Shown: positions 25,626 through 39,679, numbered from the stretch's first letter. The stretch is DNA of 64,000 nucleotides from Takakia lepidozioides (GCA_030704615.1 CM060731.1:68386001-68450000); one strand, 5' to 3'. Notes: a model not told the origin generated them from the letters alone. Made by a program: numbers and translations.

Positions 25626-28308
25626 CAGAGCAGACAAATTAAATAGATCAGAGGCTACCACTACTTAACTTAATTAGTAGCAATACTAGTATTTTGTCTT
25701 AGTTGGAAAGATTAGATTTTTAGATTGCTCATACTAGATTACGTTAGAGTCTTGCCATCAAAAGTTGAGTAGCTAGTAGAATGCGTCTACTGGAGATTCA
25801 GTGATCACCGTTCACATGCTCCGTTACCTGACATTGTGGCCGCGCTGTTTCAAGCTTCGTGGGGTAAGCTGATAAGCTTAGAATGGGGTGTTGAAACTTA
25901 ATTAAAATCCACATGTTCGCCATATTCATCGGCGTAGTTGGCAGTTAGTTAATCACCGACAGTGGTAGGTAGACTTTATCAATTTCCTAGTTCTTTGTGC
26001 TCTATGCATATAATTGATTTGCCCTAAAGGGGCTGCGATATATTCTGTCAAAGGTTCCACAAATTCTTCACAAAGTAATTCTCAATTCATAGTCCCTACC
26101 AGTAAGTACCCCCCCCATTCTGTGAAGATCAATAACAATCTATGATGATGATGATGAAACCATGTAAGACTTTATTTACAACATGTACAGGGGTGAATAG
26201 GATGAGAAGTTGCAAAAGGGGGGGGGGAGAACAAGAAACAAGAGAAGAAAACAAAAAGCTATAGTAAGCTATGATAAGTTTATCATTGGAGTCTAATTGT
26301 ACAATTAAAACAACCTGATCTGCACTCCTCGATTCATTTCACTCAAACACATGAGCACCACAGTCTCGAGTCTCGACTGACTCCTGTGATAGAGCCTTAA
26401 TCTAATTTCTAGATCGTGTCCATGTAAAACCATCATCTCAGCACGCTACAGATAGGCAAAACATGGAAATATATGCAATCAAAAGTCCAGAGCTTCGACT
26501 TACTCAAGGCGACGCTTTGAAGACCGTGACGAGACTCGCAAACTTACTCGGTAACTGAACCCATAGCTTCCTCCAGATCAATATATATCCAAGTTGCTGT
26601 TTCGTTTGCTTTGCCCTTGGGTGATTGCAGTCTACACTCCCCTTTCTGTCTAGATATATATATCTTCTCTCTGTCTCCATCTGCCTCGGATTCTCTTCCG
26701 ACTACGGAAGCCTGCCATGCACTTGCCATGTTCACGAGAGGAGTTGCTAAGGTTGTTTCCGGTCCCCCGATTGCGCATGTTGGGCATGTCTATAGTCCAC
26801 GGTCCAAGATTTACCTGGCAATTCCTCACTCATCCATTCCTACACATACCTTTGCAGGGGCTTGTCTGTGTAAAAAGTATTTTTGTGTGTGACTATTGTC
26901 CCTCCAGGCATTAGGCAGCTCCACCCACTTTGAAGAGGTCGGCGAACTGATCACGCAAACAGGGAAAATCTTCTTCCACTCAACGGTTTCGGCATGAGTA
27001 CAAATGTTTGCAGCCTTGGTTTTGTACATATTAATCGATGGGGGCGTCTACTCAGTAGAACACTTTCCCCTCCAAGACAGCTCAATAGCATTCCAACAAG
27101 TCTACATGATCAAATTGAACAGATGTGCGAACACAGCTGGACGCCCACTGTTCAAAATTCCTGTAGCTCATGCGCTAAAATGTAATCCCCACCCATTTCA
27201 CCTTGGTCGGGCACCAGCTATTTCAAACAAACGCGTTACATGTTAGTGCTGCAATGTGTTGATTCTGTAAGCATACTACGTGACATCCGGAAGCACTAGA
27301 TCAGCAGCAAGTACCGTATATTTGTAAGTTTTAGGTCTAATCTGGAAAGATCTTATAATTGATTCATTCGCATATAACTGTGGAAAATATCGTTACCTAT
27401 GTTCGTTGTGTTGAGCTATATTGAATGGGATTTATACTCCAACTTTTCTTAAATTACATGCCGTTTACTCTAGTATGGGTGATGGTGCGTAAGAGTAAGT
27501 ATTAATGGTATGTTTATGTATTTATTTATACCTATCACATCCAGTTTTCTATCTCCCACATCGCAAGTCCAAAAATTATGAAACTGCCTTGATGCACCTT
27601 GCCATCAAGAGCCTTGAAGCGGTATCAAAAACCCGGGCGGAGGCCTTTCGGTTTGGGAGATCTCAACGCTTAGACAAACAAAACAAATCAAAACAAATTA
27701 GGATTGCTAGGATTAGGATTGCTAAAGTATTGCTAGTGTACAAAGAAACTACCAAGTTTTGAAAGCAGCCATCTATCATTTGGGTGGTAAGATCGGGACT
27801 AGGTATTCCATAAAGGTATAAGGACAAACATATAGTTACACGTGGCTGCTCCTTCAAGTGCACTTTTGTAGGTAAGCCAACACACCTATGTACTTGGGCT
27901 GCTCCTCTGGAGTCCTACATGGTGAGCGAGTGAAGGATGTCTGAGCGAATGGCTCCTTTCCCTGGCGAATTTCCTCCCTCATTTTTCATACCTACGTTTG
28001 TCGGAAGAGGTGGAGAAAGAGAAATCATGGCAGTGCATACGGTGAGCATAGGGGACATGTCTTCCTTCTCCGCATGTTCTCGAGGCATCTCGGTGGAAGT
28101 TTTCAACCAAGTGTGAGCTGAACACTCTGTACCCTTCAGCATCTTCCAAACCGCATTGCATTGAGACAAACTGTTTCCAACCAATTGCTTGGGCAGTGGA
28201 GAGCAGTAGAGGAGGTTTATAGACAGGGGGATAAGCAAGGCGGCAGTCCGTAGTCACACTCAGCAAGGAAGTTTCCGGCACAGAAACCTGTTCAATAAAC
28301 CTAATACA

Positions 28309-28377
28309 GACGTGGAGAAGCTTGGGATCGAGTACTTTTCAAACCCCAGTCAGTGGTGGGACAATCGAGGCCATAAG
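28309..28377 (+). pseudogene. OSB/PTAC9-type PDF-motif exon fragment
   Basis: Reads DVEKLGIEYFSNPSQWWDNRGHK, followed by a GT donor at 28378. Confidence 0.7.
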
Positions 28378-29699
28378 GTTTATATGTCTGTTTTGCAGAA
28401 GCAGACTACAAGATGAATTGAAAAAAATTGTAGCAAATTTAATGCCTGGAGTTCTGATCTTTCTTTGTCAGTTGTATGGGGTCTGCTAAAGTACCCTAAT
28501 TGTAATTTTTAGCACTACAGAACAACAAGCAATTCATACATATTGCAAGGAGCAGAGATCTATTATCTACCTATATCAGGCTGATGAGATTACTATAGGA
28601 AACCTTGACATTAGTGTCAACGTTCTATATATTCTTGGGCGCACATGACAGACCAATCAGATTCTGGGCTTATGGCCTATTTTTACTTCAGGGGTGAGTC
28701 GAATTCGAATGCAGACCAAATGTGTCATTAAAAAAACTCTTGACAAACATCTGAAGCATCAAGAGTCTTGCCGGAGATTTTACCATAGCTGGAGGAATGA
28801 ATCGGTTATGATGCCCAAAATTCTTATGCATCATTCATGATAAGATGGATCATCGAAAGACTGCTCTTACCGTTTGCAAACAACGAACAAGATGATTTCA
28901 GGCTTGGGGCAGTTTCTAGTGTCTATGGCGGGTATCGTTACTCACGGTCACGGAGATGGCGCGTACGCTCAATATTGGATGGATTTTTTGGCCAGCAGAT
29001 CCCAACTTCGTTATATGATCTTAGGCTAGAATTTTGCGACAATTGGAGAAACCAACATATCATGAATCAAGAGCCATTTTTGACAACCCCATGCAAACTG
29101 ATTTCTTTTTGTCGTAATGAGAGGAAAATCCAGGTATTTGGATGTTTTGAAGTCTTGTTCTGAAAATGATAAGAAATGAGCGTTTCCATTACCACGAAGA
29201 TTGTATCTACAAATTGACAATTGTGTCAAAGACAACAAGAACACGTGGATATTAGCGTTCTTATCACAAGAGAACAACACCTATGTTCTTTCCGATCTCA
29301 TGAAAATTTCATGGTATCTCAAGACCTACAATTCATTCCACAAATAATTCAAGAAGTTCCAGACTTTCAAGGATTTTGTCGACGGCTTTATTTTAGAGGG
29401 GAAAGAGGCTTTGGTTGGAGCTATGGAAATGCACATTTTTCGGTTTTTTGTTGATTCGGATGGTTGGCCTCTAATGTAATACAAAAAATCTGCAATAGAT
29501 TCGGATTGGCTTCCAAAAAATAGCAATGTCAAAATGTGGAAAGCACAAGACGATGTTCTCCAATGCTTCCAGTTGGACAGCCAAAACCGCTCCGTAAAAG
29601 ACCTATTTTGGGAGATGGTGACGAAGCATTAGAGAAACAATCTTGCATCAAGTCCGGTATTAAAAAGTACATGGATTTTGGAAAAAGTGGACACTCTTG

Positions 29700-32600
29700 G
29701 ATGATCAATATGGAAATATCATGAAATAATTATTCATGCCTGTGAGCGTGGTTGTGTACTCTTCCGTGGGGAGTATGAGAATGTAGACATTTGCCCAGTG
29801 TGCCGCAGTTCCCGTTACATTCCTGGTCGTGGAAGTGTGCCCAAGAAAGTATTGTGACACTTCCCTGTCATTCCAAGGTTGAAACATATGTACCGATGTA
29901 AATCGATCACTAACCTCATGACATGGCACGACAGACATAAGAGCCAGGATGGGTTGGTTCGACATCCAGCTGATAGCAAAGCATGGAGACACATTGACAC
30001 CACATTTTGAGGATTTTGCTGCAGAGCCACGATCTCTGTGATTTGGATTGGCCTTAGACGGTGTAAATCCCTACGGAGCTCAATCCACAAGTTGGAGCAC
30101 ATGGCCCGTTCTCTTGGTCAATTACAATTTACCTCCGTGGTTAATGACCAAAAAGTTCTTTGTCATGTTAGCGCTACTGATTCCTGGTAAGGAGTCTGTT
30201 ACCTCGAACAACGTAGATGTTTACCCGATGCCCCTAGTGGAAGAGCTATTAGAACTATGGAGAGGGATTGCAGCTCATGATGTTTCCCGTCCTCGTGGTC
30301 AACGCGAATTCACACTGAGGGCAATGTTGATGTGGTCAATCCATGACTACCCTGCATATGGCTTGCTCTCAGGTCAAGTGACAAAAGGTTATGCTGGTTG
30401 TCCAGCTTGTGGACCCGGGGTGACTTCACAGCAGTTACACACATGTGGAAAAATTGTTTTCCTAGGCCACCGAAGATTTTTGGCCCGCAATCATCCATAT
30501 AGAAGGTCAAGAATGTTCAATGGCGCTACTGAGCATGGAACTCCTCCAAAACGCAGACTGGAACACAAATCAAGGAGCTTGCAACAGCTCGCACTGCATG
30601 GGTGGAAAACGGAGGGACGCCAGATAGCAGGACAAACCCAGCAAAAACTCATGGAGTTAAGCGATTGTCAATTTTATATGTCTTACCTTATTGGGAGGTA
30701 ATTCTTTCATGACCTTTAAATTGCTGTGTACATTTTTGCGTTTTCTGTTTAAATTGTGATGAGTAAATGCTCAATAGCTTATGTTCATTTTGTAGGGTCT
30801 CCTCATCCGCCACACGTTTGACGCAATGCATTGCGAAAAGAACTTGGCTGAAAATATTATTAAGACTATCTTTGGTGAGAAAGACACATTGAAAGTTCGC
30901 CGTGATTTGGAGCTACTTGGGATGCGCCCGGAATTGTGGCTACAACGTGATCCTGACAGAGCAGATACGTTAATTATGCCTCTTGCCCCTTATGTCCTCA
31001 CTGAGGCTGAGTTACAAGTCTTTCTGGAGATTGTGCAGAACTTGAAAGTGCCAACATGCTACGCATCAGCTTTCAAAAAGCATGTGGTGAAGAAGAAGTT
31101 GTCTGGCATGAAATCACATGACTATCATGTGCTCATGCAGCAAATTATACCGCTTGCTATCCGTGGGCTCATGGCAAGTGGTCCTCGAAGGGCCATTTTG
31201 CGAGTATGTCGTGTATTTAAGAAGTTGTGTGCAAAAGTGGTGAATCTTGTAGAGTATGAGGAATTGAGAACTGAAGCAGTTCTCACTCTGTGTCTTATAG
31301 AGAAGGAGTTCCCACCATCATTTTTTGATGTGATGACACATCTGGTTGTTCACCTAGTGGATGAGTTGTACTTATGCGGGCTCGTAGCATCTCATTGGAT
31401 GTACCTCATGGAGCGGCAATGAAAATATGAAGGGCTACGTAAGAAACATGGCAAGGCCCGAGGGAGCATGGCAGAAGGATACCAATTTGAAGAAGCATTG
31501 GGTTTTTGCACAGAGTATATGGCAGGATTTGATGGAAGTGTACGAAGGGTGTGGGATGCAGATGAGGCAGAATCTGTGGAACGTGAAGTTGTGGAAGGAA
31601 GTCCTAAAGCCCGAAAATTGAATGACCTGTGTGATATTGTACATGAGTACATCATTCAGAACCATCCTCGTCTGTCAGTCATGTTGGGGTAAGAAATCTA
31701 CTTCATTGACATTCAGATTTCCAAGTTTTAGTCATTTATCATTAGTTGGCATATGGCGTCTTTTCAAATCTCCCACGCCACCTCTGTCAATCTCTTGGCT
31801 GACCCTCGGATTGTGACAGGATATATGAAGCAGAGTCCACACGGATAGAAGCCAGACGACGCTTGTTTCGTGAGGAGCAAGGGCTGGAAGGCATGAGCAA
31901 TCCCACGACAATTCAGTACCCTCCTGATTTGCATCCTTGTCCTCCATTTGCAGTTTGGCTCCCTCAAGGTGTACGGGATCATCTCTCAATTCAATCAGAT
32001 GGGCTTGATCCTACAACACGTGAGGAATTACTGGATCTTTCAAGGCCTCCATCATTTACTGCCCTGTCATTCAAGAGTATGACAGCGTATGGTAACCATT
32101 ACAGGGTTACATCCCCCGACATGAACACAACAAGTATGGTGTCTTTTGATTGTGGAGTCTCATCTGTTTTCCAACACCAACCCATTACCAACAATTCAGG
32201 CAATGACATGGAGGAACCTACAAGATATGTAGGTCTTATAAGGGAGATTTTGCAAATTGACTATGGCCAAACACAGCCTATAGTGTTTTTGTGTTCGTGG
32301 ATACGGGCGAGTCGCGTGGGTCATCAACCTATGTCAATGAAGCAGGATGATGCTGGCTTCACACTTGTCAATTTTTAACCGTATGCTTCCACCTTCTGAG
32401 CAACCTTTTGTGTTTCCTGGCCAGGTTGATCAAGTGTTTTTTTCTGATTGTGTGGAGGAGCCGGGGTGGAAAGTCGTCCTGGAGAAGAGCCCCCGAGCAC
32501 GTAGAGTGGTCTGCGACATATCAATTGATAATGATGATGTGGCAGAAGTGGAAGGATTGTTAGCCCAACAAAGACTAGAGGAGACTCTGGTTACTGATGG

Positions 32601-32736
32601 CCCAACATGCAGCCGAGCGGTACCGTTACTCCAGAGCATGTGGCCTCCTTGTACCTCCGAGCACCCCATATATGTGGTGATGATGTTCAGCCAACCCTTG
32701 GACAAGATCAAGTCTGTGATGAAGACAGTGATGTAG
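29700..32736 (+). pseudogene. CACTA TnpD-like transposase (Transposase_21, DUF4218, DUF4216), with stops and frameshifts
   Basis: HAC..GCVLFRGEY..CPVC; RHPADSKAW; LALDGVNPYG..STWPVLLVNYNLPPW; DAMHCEKN; GMKSHDYHVLMQQ; FPPSFFDVMTHLVVHL; QPFVFPGQVDQVFF. GT-AG intron at 30698-30795. Confidence 0.92.
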
Positions 32737-33164
32737 TGACCCAGACATAGATGAGGATGATGAAGATTAGATATGCTAGATTTGTGCACTCCAGTTATAG
32801 ACCATGCATGATAGTTTAAGGTGGTAACACTCCCTTCGCATTCCCATTAAGATATCATGCTTGGACACTGGATTTTATGATCAATTATGGAGTGCTTTCC
32901 TTTCAGCACCTTTTATTCATTTGTTGTTGCAATTGGCTTTGGACCAACCCGTGCTGGTACCATTGCCATGGGTTCTGCCTGCAATGTTTTCTTGCCATGG
33001 ATTCGGCACACGCCACGAAAGGCCATCCAGACCATCCTCTGGAAATGCTCCAATGTTGTTTCAAACATCTCCACATTGCAATGGATACAACACTGACATT
33101 AGATGAGTGAAAGTGAGACTAGACCTCCAGCCAGCCGGCTTTCCCACATCAAATTGAAGGGGAT

Positions 33165-33275
33165 CTGTAGATTATAGATAACGGCTGTTGCCTTCTCAAT
33201 GTCTTTTCCAATCACCTCTGCAATGAACTGGGGTATAAGATCCTTCAAATCACAAGTTTGAGCATCACGCACAAG
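33165..33275 (-). pseudogene. RPS3A: 40S ribosomal protein S3a (eS1) fragment 1
   Basis: VRDAQTCDLKDLIPQFIAEVIGKDIEKATAVIYNLQ matches the C-terminal region of plant RPS3a. Confidence 0.8.
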
Positions 33276-33871
33276 CCACTTACGGGGATAGAGTTTCCAA
33301 TGCAAACCATTGGTCTTTTATTGATAGCATTGTTGTAAAATACATGGACCAACAAGGTCAATTTCGGGAATGACATATAGTACGCTTTCACGTACTATGT
33401 AAGCATGCAACTATGTACCAGTGACGTGGCTTGTTCGCCACTTACCTGTTTGCCCATTCAGCCATCTCCACATTGTCATGGATTTTGCATGCTGGATTGT
33501 GAGGGCCATCCACACCGTCCTCTGGAAATGCTATCATGGGGTTTTAGCTATGTCCACATTTCCCTGGATTATGCCTGCACGAAGCAAGGCCAACTGCATT
33601 CAGCACCCTCCACTTTATTATAGTATTGCAGCAACATTCAAAGCACTTCAATTTGTATCCATCGAAAACATCTAGGCTGGAAAAAGACATTGTTGCAGCA
33701 GAACTTAGGAAAGTACTTCTCCCCTTCCACTACACACGTGAAATGAAAGAAGTCAACCAACAGCATACCAGCCAAGAAAATATGAAACCAGCCAAGAAAA
33801 GAGCCAATATATGCAGTGAAGGTCGACACTAAATGAAACTTATCCAACACTTACATTAGAGGAGGGAAGCT

Positions 33872-33990
33872 CTTACCTCCATAAGCTTGCCCACATCAAA
33901 TTTGGGAGCTTTCAGAATTTTTCCTTTCCGGTTGAATGAACTTGGCTACAAGATCCTTCAAATCACAAGTTTGAGCTTCACACACAATGA
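33872..33990 (-). pseudogene. RPS3A: 40S ribosomal protein S3a fragment 2, internally deleted, with retained splice donor
   Basis: EAQTCDLKDLVAKFI...KILKAPKFDVGKLME followed by gtaag. Confidence 0.8.
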
Positions 33991-34094
33991 ACTTACAGGA
34001 TTGAGCTTCCAATGCGAACCAGAAGTCTTATATTGATAGCATTGTTGTAAAACACATGGACCAACAATGACAGTCTCTGGAATGACATATAGTA

Positions 34095-34440
34095 CAGCAT
34101 GCCGCTTCCAGTTGACCATCTACCCATGTAGGTTTCTTGTAACTATCTTTCCACAGGGAATCATAGGTAATGTGGAGCTTGAAATCCAGCCCTCTTGGAT
34201 GAATCTGGACCCACACTCTATCCCTGCTCCTTCAGCTATCCATGCCTCTGACAGCCTACAATTCTACAGCAAAACACCCAACCATACTGGTGTGGAGTTC
34301 TTCCCCAAAACACCCCAACCCTACTTATCACAATCTGAAATGCATCTGCTTCTCTCTGTAGTCCAACAGGCATTCGCCTTTTTGTCTCCATTGTCCCACC
34401 ATTGGGGTCAGAAAGTGTTCACCCCAAAGCTTCTCCTCAC
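34095..34440 (-). pseudogene. OSB-type PDF-motif fragment (two exons plus intron)
   Basis: EKLWGEHF..WWDN..K, an intron, then IHPRGLDFKLHITYDSLWKDSYKKPTWVDGQL. Confidence 0.7.
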
Positions 34441-35383
34441 CTCTATTATATGTTTTTGGATACTTCCCTGCTGCCACACTGGCAGTAACTTGCCAAAGTC
34501 ACTCCAAACCACCACAGATCTACCCAACGACCTAACTTACAGAATTCAATAGGCATCTTGCGGCCGAGTCTGATGAGAGGGCAACACGGGCTGAAATAGG
34601 TTGAAGAAGAAGGTGCCCTACCACATTGTCCTTAACCTGTCCTGACCCATGGAGGATTTGACCGATGACCTCTTGTGTGTGCTTCTTGTGTCTGTAGTCA
34701 GGTAATGTCGGATTGGTCTGTGAGATCAACCACTAGGGCGTAGCTGAGTAGTCAGAGATTGAAACACGCTTGCTAAGACCAAGCTGACTCTCCCAAGAAC
34801 GGCGAGCTCGCTTCTCCTCGTCTCGTCTCCTTCTCCTCTTCTCCTTCGTGCATCATTTGCTCAACGCCTCCATCCCACGCCCCTGCATATCCTGCTATCA
34901 TCGCATTCCATCCATCCCTCAGCTATGTGGTGTGGCGCAGGAGACAAAAAAACGCCAAGTCCTAGCCCTCCTTTCTGTTCACGATTACACTAATGGGCAA
35001 CCTTATTAGCAATTTTTTAACTTTTTAAAACCTAATGGGCAACCTTATTTGCATTATATGTGCCTTCAAAATGACACGTGTAGTGATGTAGTCGTATAAA
35101 TAGAGCTCTGAAACCATCTTCAGTCATGGAGTCATAAGATTCCATGAAACGTCGTCCACGTGTAGTCAAACATATCACACTAGTATAAACCATCCCTGTC
35201 ATCATGGTCAACAATGTTTGACCAATGCTCCCTAACTTTCCGGAGTCATGTAGTGATATCCATTACTACAAAGTCATAAAACTAAAATTGTAATGCATTT
35301 CAGCGCTCTGTAGTCATCTACCTAGTGCAGTTTTTATGACTCCGCCAAAGCCGTAGTCCTAAAAACGCTCATCTCTTGTAGTG

Positions 35384-36906
35384 ACTATGGCTGAACGAGA
35401 TGTGGTGTCGTGGAGTGCGATGCTTGCGGGGTATGCACAGCAGGGGTGCGGGATGGAGGCTCCAACCTATGAGCAAATGATGGGGGAAGGGGTGAAGCCC
35501 GCCGACATAAGATTTGTGTGTGTTTGCAGTGTGTCTGGTAGCCGTGGAAAAGGGCAAAGAGATCCCTGGTGACATGATTAAATCTGCAATTGTTTCCAGA
35601 TGTCATCCTGAACACTTCTCTCTGGTGGCCATGTATGCCAAATATAGTAGCATTGAGGATGCCAAGGGAGTGTTCAAAACTATGGCTGAATGAGATGTGG
35701 TGTTGTGGACTGTGATGCTTGCAGGGTGTGCAGAGCAGGGGCGCTGGATGAGGCTTTGGAGACCTGAAAGCAAATGATGGGGGAAGGGGTGAAGTTCATC
35801 CACATCATGTTTGTGTGCGTTTGCAGTGCGTGTGCAAGCCTGGCAGCCCTAGAAAAGGGCATCGGAGGTGCATGGTTGCATCACCAAAGCTGGAAATGTA
35901 CCAGATGGATTAATAGCTACAAGAAACCTGCATGGGTAGATGGTCAATTAGAAGCCGCAGCAGCAGCGGCACAATGATAAACTCAGGCACTGGTAATGAA
36001 GGCACCTTCTTCAACACATTTCACCCTGTTTTTCCTTCTTGTCAGAATCGGCCCTAAATTTTCATGTTGAATTCTGCAAGTTAGCTGGTTGAGTGAGCCT
36101 TTGATAGTTTGGAGCGACTTTGACATGGTACTGCCAATGTGACAACAGGGAAGTATCCTGGAATAGGTAAGACAAAGAGAAGTTGTGGAATGAATACTTT
36201 TCTGACCCCAGTCAATGGTGGGACAACCGAGGCAAAAAGGTGAATGCCTGTCAGATTACCAGATGTCATTCTGAACACTGTCTCTGCCCTGGTGGACATG
36301 TAGGCCAAATGTGGGTGCATCGAGAATGCCAAGAGAGTGTTCAACACTATGGCTGAATGAGATGTGATGTCGTGGAGTGCGATGCTTGCAGGGTATGCAC
36401 AGCAGGGGTGCGGGATGGAGGCTTTGGAGACCTATGAGCAAATGATGGGGGAAGGGGTGAAGCCCGCCGACATAACGTTTGTGTGCGGTTTGCAGTGCGT
36501 CTGGCAGACCTGGAAAAGGGCAAAGAGATCAATGGTGACATCATCAAATCTGCAATTGTACCAGATGTCATCCTAAACACTGCTCTGGTGGACATGTATG
36601 CCAAATGTGGGAGCATTGAGGATGCCAAGGGAGTTTTCAACACTATGGCTGAACGAGATGTGGTGTCGTGGAGTGCGATGCTTGTAGGGTGTGCACAGCA
36701 GGGGCATGGGATGGAGGCTTTGGAGACCTATGAGCAAATGATGGGGCAAGGGGTGAAGCCCAACCGCATCACGTTTGTGTGCAAGTTCCAGATTACCTAT
36801 GATTCCCTGTGGATCAATATCTACTACCAACCTGCATGGGTAGATGGTCAACTAAGCTGCAGCAGCAGCGGCACAATTGATAAAATCAGGCACTGTTAAT
36901 GAAGGC
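35384..36906 (+). pseudogene. Degenerate PLS-class PPR repeats interleaved with OSB PDF-motif exons
   Basis: About 300-bp P-L-S units (DVVSWSAMLAGYAQQG..EAL..MMGEGVKP..TFVC; NTALVDMYAKCGSIEDAKGVFNTMAERDVVSW) with stops and frameshifts. PDF pieces lie at about 35905-35975, 36175-36239 and 36790-36880. Confidence 0.85.
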
Positions 36907-39679
36907 TGTCAAGTTAAATAAGCACAGTGTGAAAACAACTAGAATAAAGCTAGTTATTTGTATTTAACACTTGGATTTAGGTCAAGTGTTAAGTTAGGTG
37001 TCAAGTTTAGTTTGACACCTGAACCGCCCTTATCTTCACGAGAGCGGCAGTCGCGCAGCTCATCTCTCTCGAGTTGAGCCTGCGCGACCGAGCTCCTGCA
37101 TCGTTTAGGACTGAGTGTGCTTATGATGGGAGTATAGGTTGTTGTGGGGTGGAGTCCCCATAGCTTGGGGTGCCCCTGGCTCGACTTCTGTTTTTTAACA
37201 AGTGATAGCGATGGATTTCATGTTGTTTCTGGTGTGAACAGTGTGTCTCTTAGCTTGTTCTATCACTCGAGAGAGATGAGCTCTTACCTGTGAGTGCAAG
37301 GTAGGAGTTGAGGGTTAGCACTTGTATGATTACCTGTGTGAGAGTAGTGCTTAGTTTAAGAAGCTTAAAAAAAAACAAAATATGCAGGTTTCGATCAGCG
37401 TTGGTTCTGGCATGGCCGCCGGGCAGGACGGAGCTACACTGCATGGAAGCAGCCTTCGTTTTGGTCAGTGAGGAGACATCATGGAGTAGCAGCGATTGGC
37501 CGTTGGGAAACTGACCAAGTGCGAGACTTAAAGGGGTACCTGTGATCGAGCAGATGGGTAGAACTTCTGTGCCTGGAGATGGCCGATCTGCTCGCCTTAG
37601 TTCGATGTGCACAGACCAGAAGCGGTCAGGAAAGGCAGCGGAAGAGCAGGTGGAGCTGGTGTAGTGGAGCCAGTTGAAGGAGGAGCTGTAAATCCGCCCC
37701 CTCCAGTAAATGCAGCGCCAACATGTAGAGCACGGCGCAGCGAGCTGGTTGAAGGTGAAGGCCCCGAGAGAGAAAGCCTAGCAGCAAAGTGATGGAGAAC
37801 GGGGAGCCCATTGCTGGCATATCATCAACACTGCAAAACCAGGAGTCTCACAAAGCTTCATGCTACTTGTGATTGTGGCTGGGAAAGCTGCTTTCACCTG
37901 GTCGATTATATGCATAAGCAACCAGCTTCCTGACAAAAAGGGTTGTTGGGGGAATTGTTGATTTCGGGGAGTGCAAGGTGCAAAGTCGTTTTTAAGTGCT
38001 TCAGGTTTGTACAAAGCCAAGTAGCTGTTGCTACCTTGCACCTTGGTTCCACCATTTTGAGGTGGAAACTGGTGGAAAGTCGAATGGTGGTTCACAACCC
38101 AGCTTTCAACTCAGCACACTGCCCGAGTCCAAGTTTGTCACCATATATCTGACACTGCTCCTCCGTCCCGCCAATGGTTCTGATTGTTGAAAGATAAGTT
38201 CTTCCTTTAAGACCAAGTCCTCTCAAGTCCTCCTGACTTGGTGCAGGATTGTGGCGATACAGGTCAAGGGAGCTCCAGCTCTACTTGTCTCATCATTGAA
38301 CACTTCCAACTGATCACTTGCCTCTACTGTCATTTCGGCGTCAAGGGTACTTACTTCTGCACAGGTGCTGGTCCTGGGAGTCTTAGTGCGAGATACCACA
38401 TTCATTTAATTGGTGCAGGAATATGAGCTCTATCAGCTTCTGAACTCCAGACTTTCCTGATTATCCCTTTGTCTGGTGTATGGGATGAACCCCGTCTGAA
38501 AACACCAACGATGAGCAAGGTGACCCGAACTGGGCAACAGAGAACTGGGACAACCCAGGTGCAGTTGGTGGCCTTGACCAGACCTCAAGGCCGTACTCAT
38601 CCAACCGGTTAGTGGAAGATGGGAGGTGTGATGGTATTCATAGTATTCATGCAGCTGCCTTGGTGGGGACAGTGAATGCGAGACTGGCAGCTCAACTGGG
38701 CATTGGGATCGTAATTCAGTAGCAGGCTGATTGGAGTTAAAGAGGTTTGGTCATGCCAGTGTCCGAGCAGCCACTGAATCTTGGGTCAGATTTTTTTGAA
38801 GGTATGTTGCATTGCAGTAGGCAGTGTTCCAGGGATTCTGAAACCCCAAGCGAGCAGCATGTGCAAATCAGTGCACGGGTGAATTGAAGCCAACGCCCTA
38901 CCTTTAGAATTCTATTTGCGATCTGCCAGAGAAAGACAGCCAGCTTTGCAGATGTTTGATTGAGGGCAACACTGCATAGCGAGGCCAGTGATTTGAATGC
39001 CGCTGAAATCTGTCACGGAAATGACCTGATTAGGTTTGGCTGAGCATGTAACCAAGTGTCAGGCAATGGAGGCAACGGCCCTTGCTGGAGGATGCATATC
39101 CAAGATGCAGGGATGGTCTGGATGATGCTGGCATAACTGCATTTCCTCTGGCTGCTCCTACAATCTGGTTTATGTGCCCCTGGCACTATAGTGCTGAGCC
39201 CGATTAGATATTTCCGATCTGGTGCTTTCCGGGTTGCATTGTAAGTGTTCCTGCTTTGTTGGGAATATTGGTGCAAAGGATTAAGGCTCAGCATAGCTAC
39301 GGATCTCGACTGGAGGAGAGCCAGTCACTGGGAACGAGGGAACAAGAAACCAGGGAACGGGGAACCAAGACAAGTATTGAAAATAGAGTTTTCCTTGTAT
39401 TTGTTTTGTCTTATATAAAAAAAGAAAAAAAAAAAAAGGTGTTATGTTTAAAAAGCCTGGTTGGTCATATCTTTGTCAAATGAGCTCCGTTTGACTCAGT
39501 TCTTGAGGGGATAGCTGCAGAAAGGGGATATCTACCTATAGCCTGGTTTTTGGTTTTGGGACTCTGCTAAAAATCTATGGAATTTTTAGAGTGTGAGTGT
39601 GCCATGAAAGATCCACAATTCTGTTTCTAGAACCTGTTCTGGTCTATATGAGAGACAAATCTGTGGATGTTCTTCTTGT

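Larger units (their letters stand above)
28513..35383 (+). mobile_element. CACTA (En/Spm) transposon region; termini tentative
   Basis: CACTACAG at 28513 and TGTAGTG ending at 35383, with GTAGT/ACTAC subterminal repeats at 35090-35383. The transposase lies inside. The TIR match is only 7 bp and there is no matching TSD, so the ends may belong to different elements. Confidence 0.55.
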
